From Perkinsus chesapeaki ATCC PRA-425 (taxonomy: Eukaryota > Protista > Perkinsozoa), in assembly GCA_013115145.1 (NCBI GenBank), contig JAAPAO010000044.1:43350-107349 (forward strand): DNA of 64,000 nucleotides, written 5' to 3'. The position numbers were made by a program, and so were the translations under genes. Positions 12,867 through 24,891 of this stretch are shown one piece after another. The notes below the pieces were generated by a model that was not told the DNA's origin, ran no database searches, and saw nothing but the letters and a program-made list of their open reading frames with translations. Within the stretch, counting starts at the first letter, position 1, and every line of letters starts with the position of its first letter.

Positions 12867-13777
12867 TAGAGTTACGGCGGATGATGAACGTGAAATAAAT
12901 TCCATGAAATATCATTCAGTGAAACCCGAATTTTATTGGAATTCGGCGCCGGGAGGTTTCGGTGTTATTTTTATCCTTCTGGACGGAATTTTCGGAGATA
13001 GGAAATTTTAGTGGTTCTCGAATGTCGATAAAATATTGGTACTCTGACGGGCCTCACTTTGTTGAGGGTTAGTTGTCAGTTCGAGATGGGGAGACAATTC
13101 TTTGTGTTGGGGTGACGCGCCGCCGCTCCATGGGAAACCTGCGTTTGGTCGTCTGTTGGTCCCGGATGGGGGGCATGCTTGGGTTACTTAGCGGAATGTG
13201 AGCGCGGGCAGACCGATTGCGTTGGGCGCTTCACCAGACGGATCCCAAAGTGTCGCTTTTTTCGTATTTAATTTTTACTGGTGCTGCGCCACTGGCGCAG
13301 GTTGTGATTCGCGGGAAGGCGTTCAAGTTGGTATTCTCGCGCGCCAGGAAATGTTAAAGTTTCTTAGAGTTGGGATATGGGGTGATAGAAGTCCTGAAAT
13401 AAGTAGAATTACGACGATGACCTCGGCACTAGAGTTGTGAATTCTTCCGGGTGCGCAAAGATATGGTTTTAAGGTATCACGCTGTTTGGTTGAAGCGGGT
13501 GAATCATTTACCAAATTGGAGATGGACAGGTTGGACCGTTAAGCTAGGCAACGAACGTCGACAGTTGTTGGAAGGCAAACAGACCGCGCTTGATCGGAAG
13601 CTGGCGAGATTGAGAATTGAGAATGGTCGGGCTGATAAAGCCTAAGACTCATGCATGTTTCTTGAGATGGTTTCTGTGGATGATGTGATGCGTTATGATT
13701 GTGTTATTATGCTTGATTCATTTGTTAATAGGATTGTCGCCTCCTGTTTTGGTGCAGTTTATCATCATCTTGTTATT

Positions 13778-14311
13778 ATGGGGTTCCTGGACGCCTACAC
13801 ACCAATACCCTTTGAGAAGGCCAGGAAGGTTCATGAAGTAAGTGTCCTGGGGGTTAACTTGGAATGTTATATCAAATACGAATAGTCCAACAATCGACCT
13901 TTGGAGGTCAAAACTAATCTTCGTAATTTGCCTCCGTTGAATGGGATCTATGCAACTTGTTGTATGTCATATATAAAATGATAATGAGGGCTCAGTTTGC
14001 TATTTGTTTGGTACTGCTGCTGCTGTTGCTCAGATGGAGATTCTCGGTGCCTGGTTCGATCAGAGGTTGTAGGTTGGTTATTGTATATGGTGTGTTAGGT
14101 GGTTAAAAGTTCAGCAATCGAGCAGCTTATCAACAACTGGCAGAGATCAAAGCAATGGACTAAGCCGTTGTGTAAACTGAAATGGGGAGATGAGGTGCCG
14201 ATGGGAGGAATTGAACCTGGGTCGTCAGTAGGGAAGAACATTACTTCTCGATAGAGCCTCCTTGCTTATTCAAATAAGCTTCATTCTTTGTACTATCTCC
14301 ATTTGACTATA

Positions 14312-14371
<60 letters not shown>

Positions 14372-17300
14372 GTATTATGCTAATCTCGGAGAAGGCATGG
14401 ACTTTCGCTCCATGTCACCTGGGGTACGCTGCGTATTATACCCACTTCCCCGGTGGCGGCGGCCTTCAACTGAAGATGTATGTGTTAAATGATGCATCTC
14501 TATTGAATAGATTCGATCCTTTGGTTATAGATTATATATTTACTGTTGGTAGTACTAGGATCTGACCTTGATGTTGCAACAGTGTTGATATTTCAGATGG
14601 AATACATGCTGGTTCGTATGGCTGAGGGAGAGCCACCAAAACCATATTACAAAGCAGATGAACTCATTTCCATTTTGAAGAAGGGAACTGGCGATATTTG
14701 GAGGCCAGAGTAAGGAGGAATCTTTTGTTTTATGAGATGCATGGTTAACCTTGAGATACGCTTCTTACATGGTCGAAGCAGTATCCGATCCCGCGTTGGA
14801 TCTTGTCCAGCCAGATTTCTCTGCCACAGTTTTCCGCAGTCTTCGTGACCGCCGACGACTAATCCAAGAAGTCTTGCCTGATGGCGTCGAGCTCGCCAGC
14901 GTTGCCGCCTTCCCTACCTTGGGAGCTTCCTACACTCACGAAGGGGAAGCCCTTGGGGGGAAGGCATCCAAGAGCATTATGGTGCCGGAGAGCGTTATCA
15001 CGCCTCATGCGAGGTTTCAAACTCTGACTAGAAGTGTCAGGAAACGTAAAGGAGCTAAGGTAAGAAGGAGGGAGGCTACTGATAGAGACGCTCTTGCTTT
15101 TGGCAAAGCTCAGTTTGACTTAATTATTATCATTTTTCGGCGGAGCGGAGCTTTTTCCTTTTGATAATGTATAAGAGGTGGATTTTATAGAAGTATGGTA
15201 TGCGGATTACATTAAATACAATATAGATAATATTGTAATTAGATTACCTATCGATATTATAATAACATATAAATACGATGTGATAAAATCAAAATATAAG
15301 TCTAATTTACAGGATCTCACCTATCAATGCCGCCGCCGTCGCAGAGCTGGAAATCTTTTTTTTATTAGCTTTTATTGAAGCTTTAGAGCCCCTAGTGGGG
15401 AACGTGGCTATAAGTGAAATGATGATGCTAGTTGTTGTTGTTTTGAAATAGAGTGTTATCAGGTTTGTATATCGGCTCCACTTTATAAAGACAAGAATAC
15501 TTCTGAATGGGGTAGTGTGGAGTATGATGCAGATTTGTCGCCATGGGAAGTACAGCAAAAAGCTGGAAATGATATGAACCCATTGAAGGGAAGGATCTAT
15601 ATGGATGCTACCGTTTTTGGGTTCGGTCAGAGCTGCCTCCAGGTGAGCGGTAATTGGGAACGAATAGCAATCGCCGGAATTGTTGTCCTAGAATCTATCG
15701 TATATCTTCATGTGTACATCTTGGAAGCGCGGGAAATAGTGAAACGGTTGATCGATTTGTCATGTTGTCGAATTTGGATATGTCGATAACCGGTGAAGGT
15801 CTGATTATCCGATCTGAAGTATCGATTAAGATATTATTTGTTGTGCGTTGTGGATGTCAAACAGAAACACGGTGTAGTTCTATACTGTTGAGCTTCTGTT
15901 TAGCACTCCAGATAGTACGATATATTGCATCGTACTGTTGAACTCCGATTATTCTCGAGCGAAGTGTCACATGCTCAACATGCATTATTTCATATACCAC
16001 CAATTTTCATTACCTCCGCTAATGATATCATTCCACAACAGGCGGTAGTGATGAGGAAGCTTGGAAATATCTGTATTATATAATGCTTCAAGGTCGTTGG
16101 AGTTTCATAATCAAATTCACCTCGACAGTGCTGTTCCGAGTGAGACGAACTTTCAGGCGCAGAATTTCCCTGGTTGGCTATTCCCGTGTATTCAGGCTAC
16201 TTTCGAAGCAGCTAGCTTGGACACTGCAAGAGCTCTTCATGACCAGTTCTGTGTGGTAGCACCATTGTTCATGGCCTTGGCCGCAGCAGCGCCATTTCAG
16301 AGAGGTAGAGGAGGAGTTGCTCTTGTTTTGCATTATCAGCTTTATTGTCAGGTTTAGTGTCGGATTATGATGTCCGTTATCAGTTATTAAATCAATGTGT
16401 TGATGATAGAACTGTTGATGAAGCCACAAGGGGGAGTGATGTGTATAAGCAACAAGGAAGGATGCCTGAGGTCGTACACAGGTAAGCAGTTACAGTAGAT
16501 GCGCTATACCGAGTAACTGAAAGATCAATCGCAGCTCGCCCTCTGTAGGGCAGGTGCCATTCCACGACCACCAGCTTATGCGTCTTGCCTAGTCCACTTG
16601 TACTCAACCGACTCCGCGCATAAACCAGCGGACAAAAATTGTCCGCCTTTCTCTTCTACCTGGCATCTCCTTCTTGGGGCTGTAGGATGTGGTTTTTCTG
16701 GGTAGACTTCAAGATTTGCAACAACTTGGATGTTGCAGTTGACAGTGCTCTTTGTTCGTTACCAGGGTACGTCATGCGAATACGAGACTTCCAGGTCATC
16801 GGAGTCTGAATCATTTGAAATATCAGTCGTCTGCTTAGCGCCAGTGTTCTGATCAAACTACCTTGCACGGACTTCAACTATTGAATATCGTCCTTGAACT
16901 ATTTTCCCATTTTTCCATCAGTTTCTCTCTGTTATCAGGTATGTAAGTAGATGTGCTGAAGCTGTTAAGATGTCGGACTTGCCCGTTGAGCATCGTTCTG
17001 ATCAAAAACTAAGGTTACTCGAAGCCGGTATGGATGAGCCTTTGGCGGACTTCATGGCCTATTGCTTCTACCGGTACGTACCAACTTTCCGTCTGATCAT
17101 GCTCGGTATATCACTTATCCTCTTTCCTCGCCGTCGGGATATATCTCTATGAATAGGCTCGCTGTTGCTGGTTGCTATATCTATGTTTCAACATGCCATT
17201 CCTAAGTACAAAGCAGATCTAGGAACTCAGTATTTTGCGAGACGTACGGATTAATTGTACCGTATGATAACATTCTTATGAATCAGTAGTAATAGCGATC

Positions 17301-18545
17301 ATTCAAGTGTGGGAGGTTGTTGTTGTTGTTGATCCCAATGAAAAATGTGTAGTCGAAGAAAGCAGAATGGGCTACCTTATCAAGACAGATTCTTTCCTTT
17401 ATTTCAGTGATCCGATGATTGTATTCCAAGAGCGGATTGACCTCGACAACAGTGTCTCCACGGAGCACTTCGAAGGCATGTACTCTACTCTCTGGCCGAT
17501 CGTAAGTCACTGGTCCTTTCACCGCGGTGGCATTCTACGGTCCTATTGATTCAGGTTCGTCTGAAGCCACCTCCGCCAGCTCAAGATGCTATTCATTGGC
17601 GAGTCGAGATGCGAACTCCGGATGTTCAATTGAGCGATTTTGAAAATGCCGCGTTTGTTACTGTTACCGCCCTGCTCGCTCGAGCCATTCAAAGACGAGC
17701 AACTAGCGCAGATTGCTGTGCCGGTGGGCAGGTAGGAACTGCTTGAGTTGGTGGGAATGATTTCAAAAGTTTCCAGTCCGAAATTGAAGAAGTCTTAAAT
17801 CGAATTGGAGTTCTTGTAAAGCGATGTGTTTTCAGGTATCTGAGTTAATTCCGATTTCACTGTTACTCGATAATATGCGTCGCGCGCACCGAAATGACGC
17901 TGTTAGAAAGCAGAAATTCTGGTGGAGTTTCAGAGGGGATATTCAAGAACGGACCATGGAGGAAATTTGGTAAGTAAAAGTACAACTGCAAATAACAAGG
18001 TTCATACCACTTGTTGCTGCTTTCCCCTCGACTCTATCGTATTTCCTATCGTGTCTCTATTATACTATTTCCCTTTACTATCTCTTCATCGAGCTTTTTC
18101 TCGAGGAACATATTTTCGTTCTGAGCTACTGCTACTCGAAAAGCAGTGCATTTCCATCTCAGGTGCGTTCCTGGGGGTCTGTTGGACGTTTGCCGTAGCG
18201 AGCTGTCCAAGGGCTTCTCGGGCGCCCCCTGTTGTGGTTCGGTCGGTGGCGGTGATAGCACACGCGCCGCAGCGGCCAACGCTGAACGATTTATAGACTT
18301 TTTGGAAGCAAGAATAAAGGGAAAGGTGGGAACGCGTTTCGTCACGCGCCGCGAAATTATTTTTTCAGGTCATCACTGGTGCCCAGTTTTTGAGGAACAG
18401 ATTGTTTGTGTCCAAGAATTATCATGACGATTCTGTCATCGGGCCCGAGGCTGCGAGAGAGATAATGGAGCTCTGTGTGAAGATGGGCAACACTGAAACA
18501 GTCGAAGAGCTCCGACGCATCGCACCAGAAATGTTTGTATATTAA
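13778..18545 (+). CDS. GCLC: Glutamate-cysteine ligase catalytic subunit (gamma-glutamylcysteine synthetase), multi-exon
   Basis: MGFLDAYTPIPFEKARK start, LKWGDE|MEYMLV, WRPEYASYMVEA, HARFQTLTRSVRKRKG, IYMDATVFGFGQSCLQ, VRLKPPPP..WRVEMRTPDVQLSDFENAA, and C-terminal RIKGKVITGAQFLRNRL..YHDDSVI; TAA at 18543-18545. Confidence 0.93.
14196..14221 (-). pseudogene. tRNA 3'-end relic C at the 5' end of a GCLC intron (antisense)
   Basis: Minus strand C-CCAGG-TTCAATT-CCTCC-CATCGGC-A then CCT; no 5' half nearby. Confidence 0.65.
14312..14371. repeat. (ACT)20 microsatellite in a GCLC intron
   Basis: Uninterrupted ACT run of 60 nt. Confidence 0.98.
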
Positions 18546-18689
18546 CTTGAGTGTCGATCTGTACATAATAACACTACCCCCATCTTTTCCCTCATCAGTG
18601 AGAACTATATTACTCCCGCTTTTACTGCTAAAGCTGATGATGCCAGTAGACTACTGGCAGTAATACTGGTATCATCACTGGTCTAGTCC

Positions 18690-19030
18690 CCGTATTACTC
18701 CTGTGACCAGTACAACAGCTACTACTACTANNNNNNNNNNNNNNNNNNNNNNNNNNNNNNNNNNNNNNNNNNNNNNNNNNNNNNNNNNNNNNNNNNNNNN
18801 NNNNNNNNNNNNNNNNNNNNNNNNNNNNTATTAGTACTCCTGTGACCAGTACAACAGCTACTACTATTAGTACTCCTGTGACCAGTACAACAGCTACTAC
18901 TATTAGTACTCCTGTGACCAGTACAACAGCTACTACTACTATTAGTACTCCTGTGATCAGTACAACAGCTACTACGACTATTAGTACTCCTGTGACCAGT
19001 ACAACAGCTACTACTACTATTAGTACTACT
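18690..19030. repeat. 36/39-bp minisatellite spanning an N gap
   Basis: Unit TTAGTACTCCTGTGACCAGTACAACAGCT(ACT)n; copies start at 18831, 18867, 18903, 18942, 18981 and 19020, with a partial copy before the gap. Confidence 0.95.
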
Positions 19031-19200
19031 CTATCTGATGCACCAGCTATATACTTCTCATTTTTCATCGTCTTAGTTTATGTCAACGGTTCGCTGTATT
19101 GCCGCCGCTGATCACTTCATCGCATTAGCGAGGATACTTGTGTGTTGCGTTGGAGTTACACGACCCTTCGGTAGTGATGATCCTACGGTTAACAGTTTAA

Positions 19201-21235
19201 ATGAATTTCAATTCTGATGCTCCCCAATACAGGGCAACATTCGTGTCTTTTCACACATCCAACTTTGTCACTCGGTACACTCTGACCATCTCACCGGCGA
19301 ACGCCCCGTTCAAATGGCAGATTGTCAGACGATACTCGGAGTTCTTGGAGCTGCGACAGATGCTGACTCTTGCCCACCCACTGCAAGTGCCGAAGATTGC
19401 TTTCCCTGAAAAGATCCTGTTTGCGTCGATGGCACCTGACCGCATTCTCACTGACCGTGCACTGGCTTTGACCAATTGGTTGAATGAGATTCTCACTGTG
19501 GTTGAGCCGGACCCGATGTCTGTTGCTCTGAGGCAATTTCTAAATTTATTCCAACCATGCAAATCGCTTCCACCTGACATGACAATCGGGCTTGATAACA
19601 GTCCAGTAGGGCCGCCTGTCCGCAGCTGCGATGGCAGAACGCTCTTGGTACAACCATTGCCTGTTTATGTCTTCTCCTTCCTCCAGACGAGAGATGCCTC
19701 AAAGCTCGCTATGGTGTGCAAAGGCTTCTGGCGCGCCTCTAGCGATCCACTGCTATGGTCCAGCACTGGACTTGAGTTCTCCTGCCCTGATCTTGAGCGT
19801 CGACAGCAAGGCCTTATACGAATACTCTACAGAGCAGCCTCGACACTTCCCGAGTTGGTGCTCAATATAAGGTTTAATGGAACTCCTAGGATGCGCCAGT
19901 CCTTGCCCATGAGCATGCACTTTAATCATCTTACTAGCTTGTGCATGCGTACAAGAGACAGTGCGTCCTACCAACTTTTCTGCGAAGTATTGGACAGTGT
20001 GTGCTCCTCCGACTATATGCCACTGCGCACGCTAAATCTCACCGGTCCTATCGATCTGGACTGCCTCCGTCCAATTGATGAAGTTGCTAAGCAGCTCATC
20101 AGTCTTCGTTTGACGTGGATAGATAGTCCTCGGCTGGGGTTCGTGGACTTGCCTGAAGAGGTATGCTTTACTATCGAGGATCTCCTCGAGAAGTCGGTAT
20201 CATTGCGGTCCCTGGCCATGTTAGCTGAAGATGAGACCAGGCTTCGACGAACAGCTTTTAGCGACCTAATAGCAGTTGTGGTGAAGCTTCCTCTGTTGGA
20301 TTCTTTCGAGTGCGATTTTGTCGATGACGACCAGCTTATGAATGCACTGTCTCTACCGCAGGCATCCTTGAGGCCGATCGTAATGCATATGACCGGACTC
20401 AGAGCGGCGCCTAATATCCGAGTCAACGCCTTCGCTCAGTTGCTTACTAAGCTGAACTCGAATTTGATATCACTTCACTTGGAGGAGTTTCAGAATCCCA
20501 CTCAACGGTGGATGTTCCAAGGCGTTATTTCCCCGCCTATTTACACCATCAGTGACAGTGTACACTTCTCCCATTTGACTGACCTCACTCTCACTGCTGT
20601 CGCACCGTTGGCAACACCGGGCCTGGCAGCCTTGGTCGAGGCCACATCGGAGAGTCTCCGGGTGTTGGCTATTCGCGATTCTATCTGGCATATGACTGAT
20701 GAGTGTGGACCAATTCTGAACTCTGGCAAGTTGGCTCGGTTGGAACGCTTGGAGCTTATCGGTGTGAATGACTTATGGACAGATGGATTTTTGGAAGAAA
20801 TGGAATCGATGAGTACTCTGTCGGTGTTGAAGCTGAGCCGTAGCCGCAATATGACCGATGCCGCCATCGATCACCTCAAAAGAGAGCTTACCCCTCTGGC
20901 TCATGCAGACGAGCTGCGCAATGGCAGTCTCTTCGATCACGTAAGTGCCTATTGCCCTCACAGGTGGCAGGTGTTGTTTTTCTCAGGCTCTCAATTCTTC
21001 TGTGAGAATCGGTCTAAGATCGCACGGTAATTTGCGGACTCACTTGACTCCACCAACATCGACCTGGTCGACCAATGATGGCGGTCCCCTCCTCGCCCAC
21101 AGTGGAGCGTCATTCTCTCACGAAACAGAATTGACTATCCTTCCTTATGCTCATATTTCTGAGCCGAAGCCCCGTGATGGTGGTGGCATTCATTCGCCAC
21201 CGAGGTTCGTAGTTGAGCCGTTGCCTAGCAAGTAG
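19201..21235 (+). CDS. PX-domain + F-box + leucine-rich-repeat protein
   Basis: 609-codon ORF with PX motifs (WQIVRRYSEFLELRQML..FPEK..RALALTNWLNEIL), an F-box (LLVQPLPVYVFSFLQTRDASKLAMVCKGFWRASSDPLLW) and LRR-like repeats. A probable 46-nt intron at 20941-20986 extends the C-terminus to TAG at 21235. Confidence 0.8.
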
Positions 21236-21326
21236 AAGACTTGAATACTTTTATACTTTTTGAAGGTCTATTGTGATGTACCATAATAATAACAGTGTGC
21301 TCTACCATGTTGGTAGTTGAGTTATC

Positions 21327-22193
21327 GTGAAAGGAACAGTGCTGAAGCTTTTCGTTGCCATGGATGTTCTATTATATCGTTTGGCTGTATTGAAAGTTTC
21401 TCCTTTTATACAGGACCTTCACTCAGCCGTATGGGAATATCTGAAGATTAACTTGTACGTGGCTGAGTCCATGCGAATCATACTGCCACCATACTTTTCC
21501 CCTCTGTGCTGCAAAGAAGGTCTTCTATACCTACAATCTCGGGATGCTATTCATGGTTTAGACCTTGCCACTGGCAAAATCCACTTCATCATGAATGAAC
21601 GATCAGCTCCTAGATCTCTGGAAGTCAGAGGCGAGTTGGAAATATCAACGCCAGATACTAGCAGTCTTTGGTATCCGAACAATGTAGAAGATGGTGTAGT
21701 TTGCGCTACTCCACAGAGGGCGCGTAGGTGTATCTATCTCGGACAATCGCAGGCCTACAAAATCCGATCAGATCGACCTGTGCTGAGCATGCTAGCACCG
21801 AGGGTACGGGACCGTCGTGATCTACGCAAACTGGCCTCGACGAAATCGTCGGCGGCGTGGGATAGAACACACATAGCATTATATGACTCAGCGCAACTCA
21901 TCCTAGTTGATACTTCCAATGGTGATCAGCGCACGCTCTGTATTGGTGAGAAAGAGAGTATCAGAAGTGTTGCTGGTGGTCGAGGTATCTACAGCTTGGT
22001 TGGTGTGCAGGACAAAGATACCCTTGAAAGGAGTATCCTAGTGCTTGACAGCCGTACCGGAAACTTGCTCGCAAAAGTGAATAAAGATGCTAGCAATTTC
22101 ATTGGAACTATTGAAGGGGATAGCTTCATAAGAGTATTCAACAGTTTCAGATCTGATAGCTGTATGGTTACCAAATATAGGGTATTCTTTTAA
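21327..22193 (+). CDS. Hypothetical intronless protein, possibly beta-propeller-like
   Basis: 288-codon open frame with short beta-strand-like segments (IALYDSAQLILVDTSNG, ILVLDSRTGNLL); first ATG at 21360. Confidence 0.55.
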   Translation: MKGTVLKLFVAMDVLLYRLAVLKVSPFIQDLHSAVWEYLKINLYVAESMRIILPPYFSPLCCKEGLLYLQSRDAIHGLDLATGKIHFIMNERSAPRSLEVRGELEISTPDTSSLWYPNNVEDGVVCATPQRARRCIYLGQSQAYKIRSDRPVLSMLAPRVRDRRDLRKLASTKSSAAWDRTHIALYDSAQLILVDTSNGDQRTLCIGEKESIRSVAGGRGIYSLVGVQDKDTLERSILVLDSRTGNLLAKVNKDASNFIGTIEGDSFIRVFNSFRSDSCMVTKYRVFF

Positions 22194-23359
22194 ACTCTTC
22201 AACTAACGCTGTAACATCTGCTGTGGATGAATCTGCTTCATCATTGCGAGTGGAGTATGACGCGCAATTCTTGCACCATTCCCCGTACCCGTCTTTCGGC
22301 GACGAGTTTCTATCAGCTATAAAATGATAAAATTATGTTTCAAAGGGAGTAAGGTTGACTGGAGTTCCCGTTGAGGAGTGATCATAGGCGTCTTCAAGGT
22401 GATTACGAGCGATTTTAGTGAACTCGACAACATAGTTGAAAATGAAATAATATCCGAGTCATACAAGCTACAAACGGCAGACCATAGCCTACGGGCCATA
22501 GATATCGACGTAAATGATTCACGGATGCTAACGCAACTGTCCATGTGCGACCATAATACGACACTATGACGGAAGAAAAACAATCTCGAACTATTCTGTT
22601 TGTTGTATGGAGAGCGCTAGCCAGTGAAGATCGTACAAGGGCACATACCTTACGCAAATAGATATGATAGACGCAAACATCGATAGACGCGAGTGAAAAC
22701 GACTCGATTCATGTCATAGTGCCTGAGTAGACGAAACACGTCAGCACATAACCGGAAGAGCTACTTGGTAGTACCAAGTTGGTACCGTGATACTTGAGCT
22801 TATTAGCAATGAATAGTGCGGTACGCTTATGATCATCCATTGGGGATTAGTCATCATTAACTGAGATTATTCATGTTATAATTCATGGTCCTGGCTTAGC
22901 CAGGCTGGCTAGTTTCAACGTCCAGGGGCGCGATGACTTTGATGATGCATGTTTGAGGATCTTAGATTGAGATGTAACCGCCCGAGACAGGTATTAAAGG
23001 TTCAGCTACGGGAAATCTCATTCTGCTCTTAGAGCTTGATACAAGTTCGGTCTGCACTTTCGTCTTTCGAGGCAAGTGCAAGCCCTAGAACCACGGTAAT
23101 GTGATGTAACCGTGCTACTCACGTAACGTGAGTCACGTTGCATTCATAATACCGACTTACCCTATAGTCGCTTCTGTCGGAGACACGCACAAGACTTCCC
23201 TCACGGGCCCGGACTGACGGCAGTGTTGAATGGAATAATGTTAGACAGCCTAGGAAATCCCAATTCTGGGGCCGAGAGTAAACTCACAGCACAACATGAA
23301 ACAGCGTCGATGAAAACCAGTACCAGGCGCAAGACCCTGATATCTGGGAGGTGGGTAAC

Positions 23360-23960
23360 TGTTAACCATCAGGGAACTCAAGAAACAAAGGTGAGGCTAG
23401 AATCTAAGAATCTAATCTTAACTTAGTAAATTAACAGCAGTACTAGCGTCAAGCTGAGCTAAGGTTCCATTGTTGTGCAACTCACACAACAACATCCCCC
23501 TTCCTCCAGTCTGGAGGCTCCAGAGACTAGCAACACAGGGAATTAAAAACTAACATACATCAACAGCAATGTAGATCTCGTCATCGTCATATTGGATCAA
23601 CATAGGAATCACATATCGCAAAATCAAGTTGTTCTTGGTGTTGAACCTTATCAGTCTTCTTATCAAACTCGTCAGTCGTCATGTCGTAAAATATTAGGAT
23701 TACCAGTAACGCCAAAATCAGATGCAATTTGCTAAGCGACAGGAATAGGGATAGATGTAGCAGGGCTCTCCACCATGTTAACCATCAGGGAAGAATAGGA
23801 ATAGATGCAGCCGGGTTGTCCTCCATGTTAGTCACCAGGGAACTCAAGAAACCAAAGTGAGGCTAGAATCTAAGAATCTAATCTTAACTTAGTACATTAA
23901 CAGCAGTACTAGCGTCAAGCTGAGCTAAGGTTCCATTGTTGTGCAACTCACGCAACAACA
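23360..23960 (-). mobile_element. TRIM-like non-autonomous LTR retroelement, 601 bp
   Basis: 135-bp TG..CA LTRs at 23360-23494 and 23826-23960; 5-bp TSD GTAAC at 23355-23359 and 23961-23965; on the minus strand a TGG-starting PBS follows the 5' LTR and the polypurine tract GGAGGAAGGGGGA (23495-23507) precedes the 3' LTR; no coding capacity inside. Confidence 0.88.
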
Positions 23961-24891
23961 GTAACCGACGCCGAGATAAATCATGGCTGAATGACGCTAC
24001 TACCAGGCACAAAAGATCACTAGAACATACTATTGTTAGAATGTCAAGCCTTGTCAAAACTGGGCTCAAATTGAGCCGCTCAATCGGTACCATGTGAACT
24101 GGTCACCGCCGTACGAAAGTGACGAGGTAAAGGAAAATGTGATGGACAAGGGAAATATAGAAATAAAGACAGACTCAGATTCTGAGTCTGTCTTGACGCA
24201 AAGCTTCTGAGTCTCACAAGCTTTGCGTAACAAGGAAATTTGTTATCAGGAAGGGGACAGTATTGAGGTGCGTCGCACATGGAAAAGACTAGTCTCATTT
24301 CGTGAATTCTACTGGCATTAGGTATCGTTAGCTTCTATGGATCTTCAACTGTAAATAAGTACACATCGTAATATCAGCTACTTAGTGGTCATTGCATGAC
24401 ATTGCTCACCATGTTTCATACCGGCTGCCATATGGTGTAATTGCAAAGTGCAAAGTGGGGCTCCACACAGTTTGTTTGGTCTGCGCGAATGTGTGTGGCA
24501 TAATTTCTCGGTACATGTTCATGTGGGCATTCGTGAATATCTACAACTTATAGACTACAAGTTTATTTAGCTATATAGATCTCAATAAGTATCTACCTGC
24601 TCATTAGAATCATCCCGATATCCAATTTTGCAGCTGGCCATGAGCAACTCGTCGGGGACAAGGCGGTAAGTCGCGGCGCCGCTCGTCAGCCCATTAGTCA
24701 TGTAACGTGACACGATGCCGAGTAGGTACTTATAAATTGTACGGTGGGACTCTCAGTGAGGGTCTATCACCGTTAGAGCAACTGATCGTTATGTGTCGAT
24801 CATGAAAGTATGTCTCTTTGTGGGTTAATAACATGAGAATTACTGATGATGCAATGTTTGTTCTGTCATCAAGAATCCCTTCTTTTGATAA

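Noticed and set aside
13130-13645. Possible small gene upstream of GCLC
   Set aside because: Only one convincing exon-like ORF (13451-13645) and no homology recognised.
18628-19068. Minus-strand Val-rich ORF as a membrane protein
   Set aside because: It is the antisense reading of the minisatellite and spans an N gap.
23905-23932. TAGCTCAGCTTG A-box in the TRIM LTR (Cassandra-like Pol III promoter)
   Set aside because: No B-box or 5S-like sequence at a suitable distance in the LTR.
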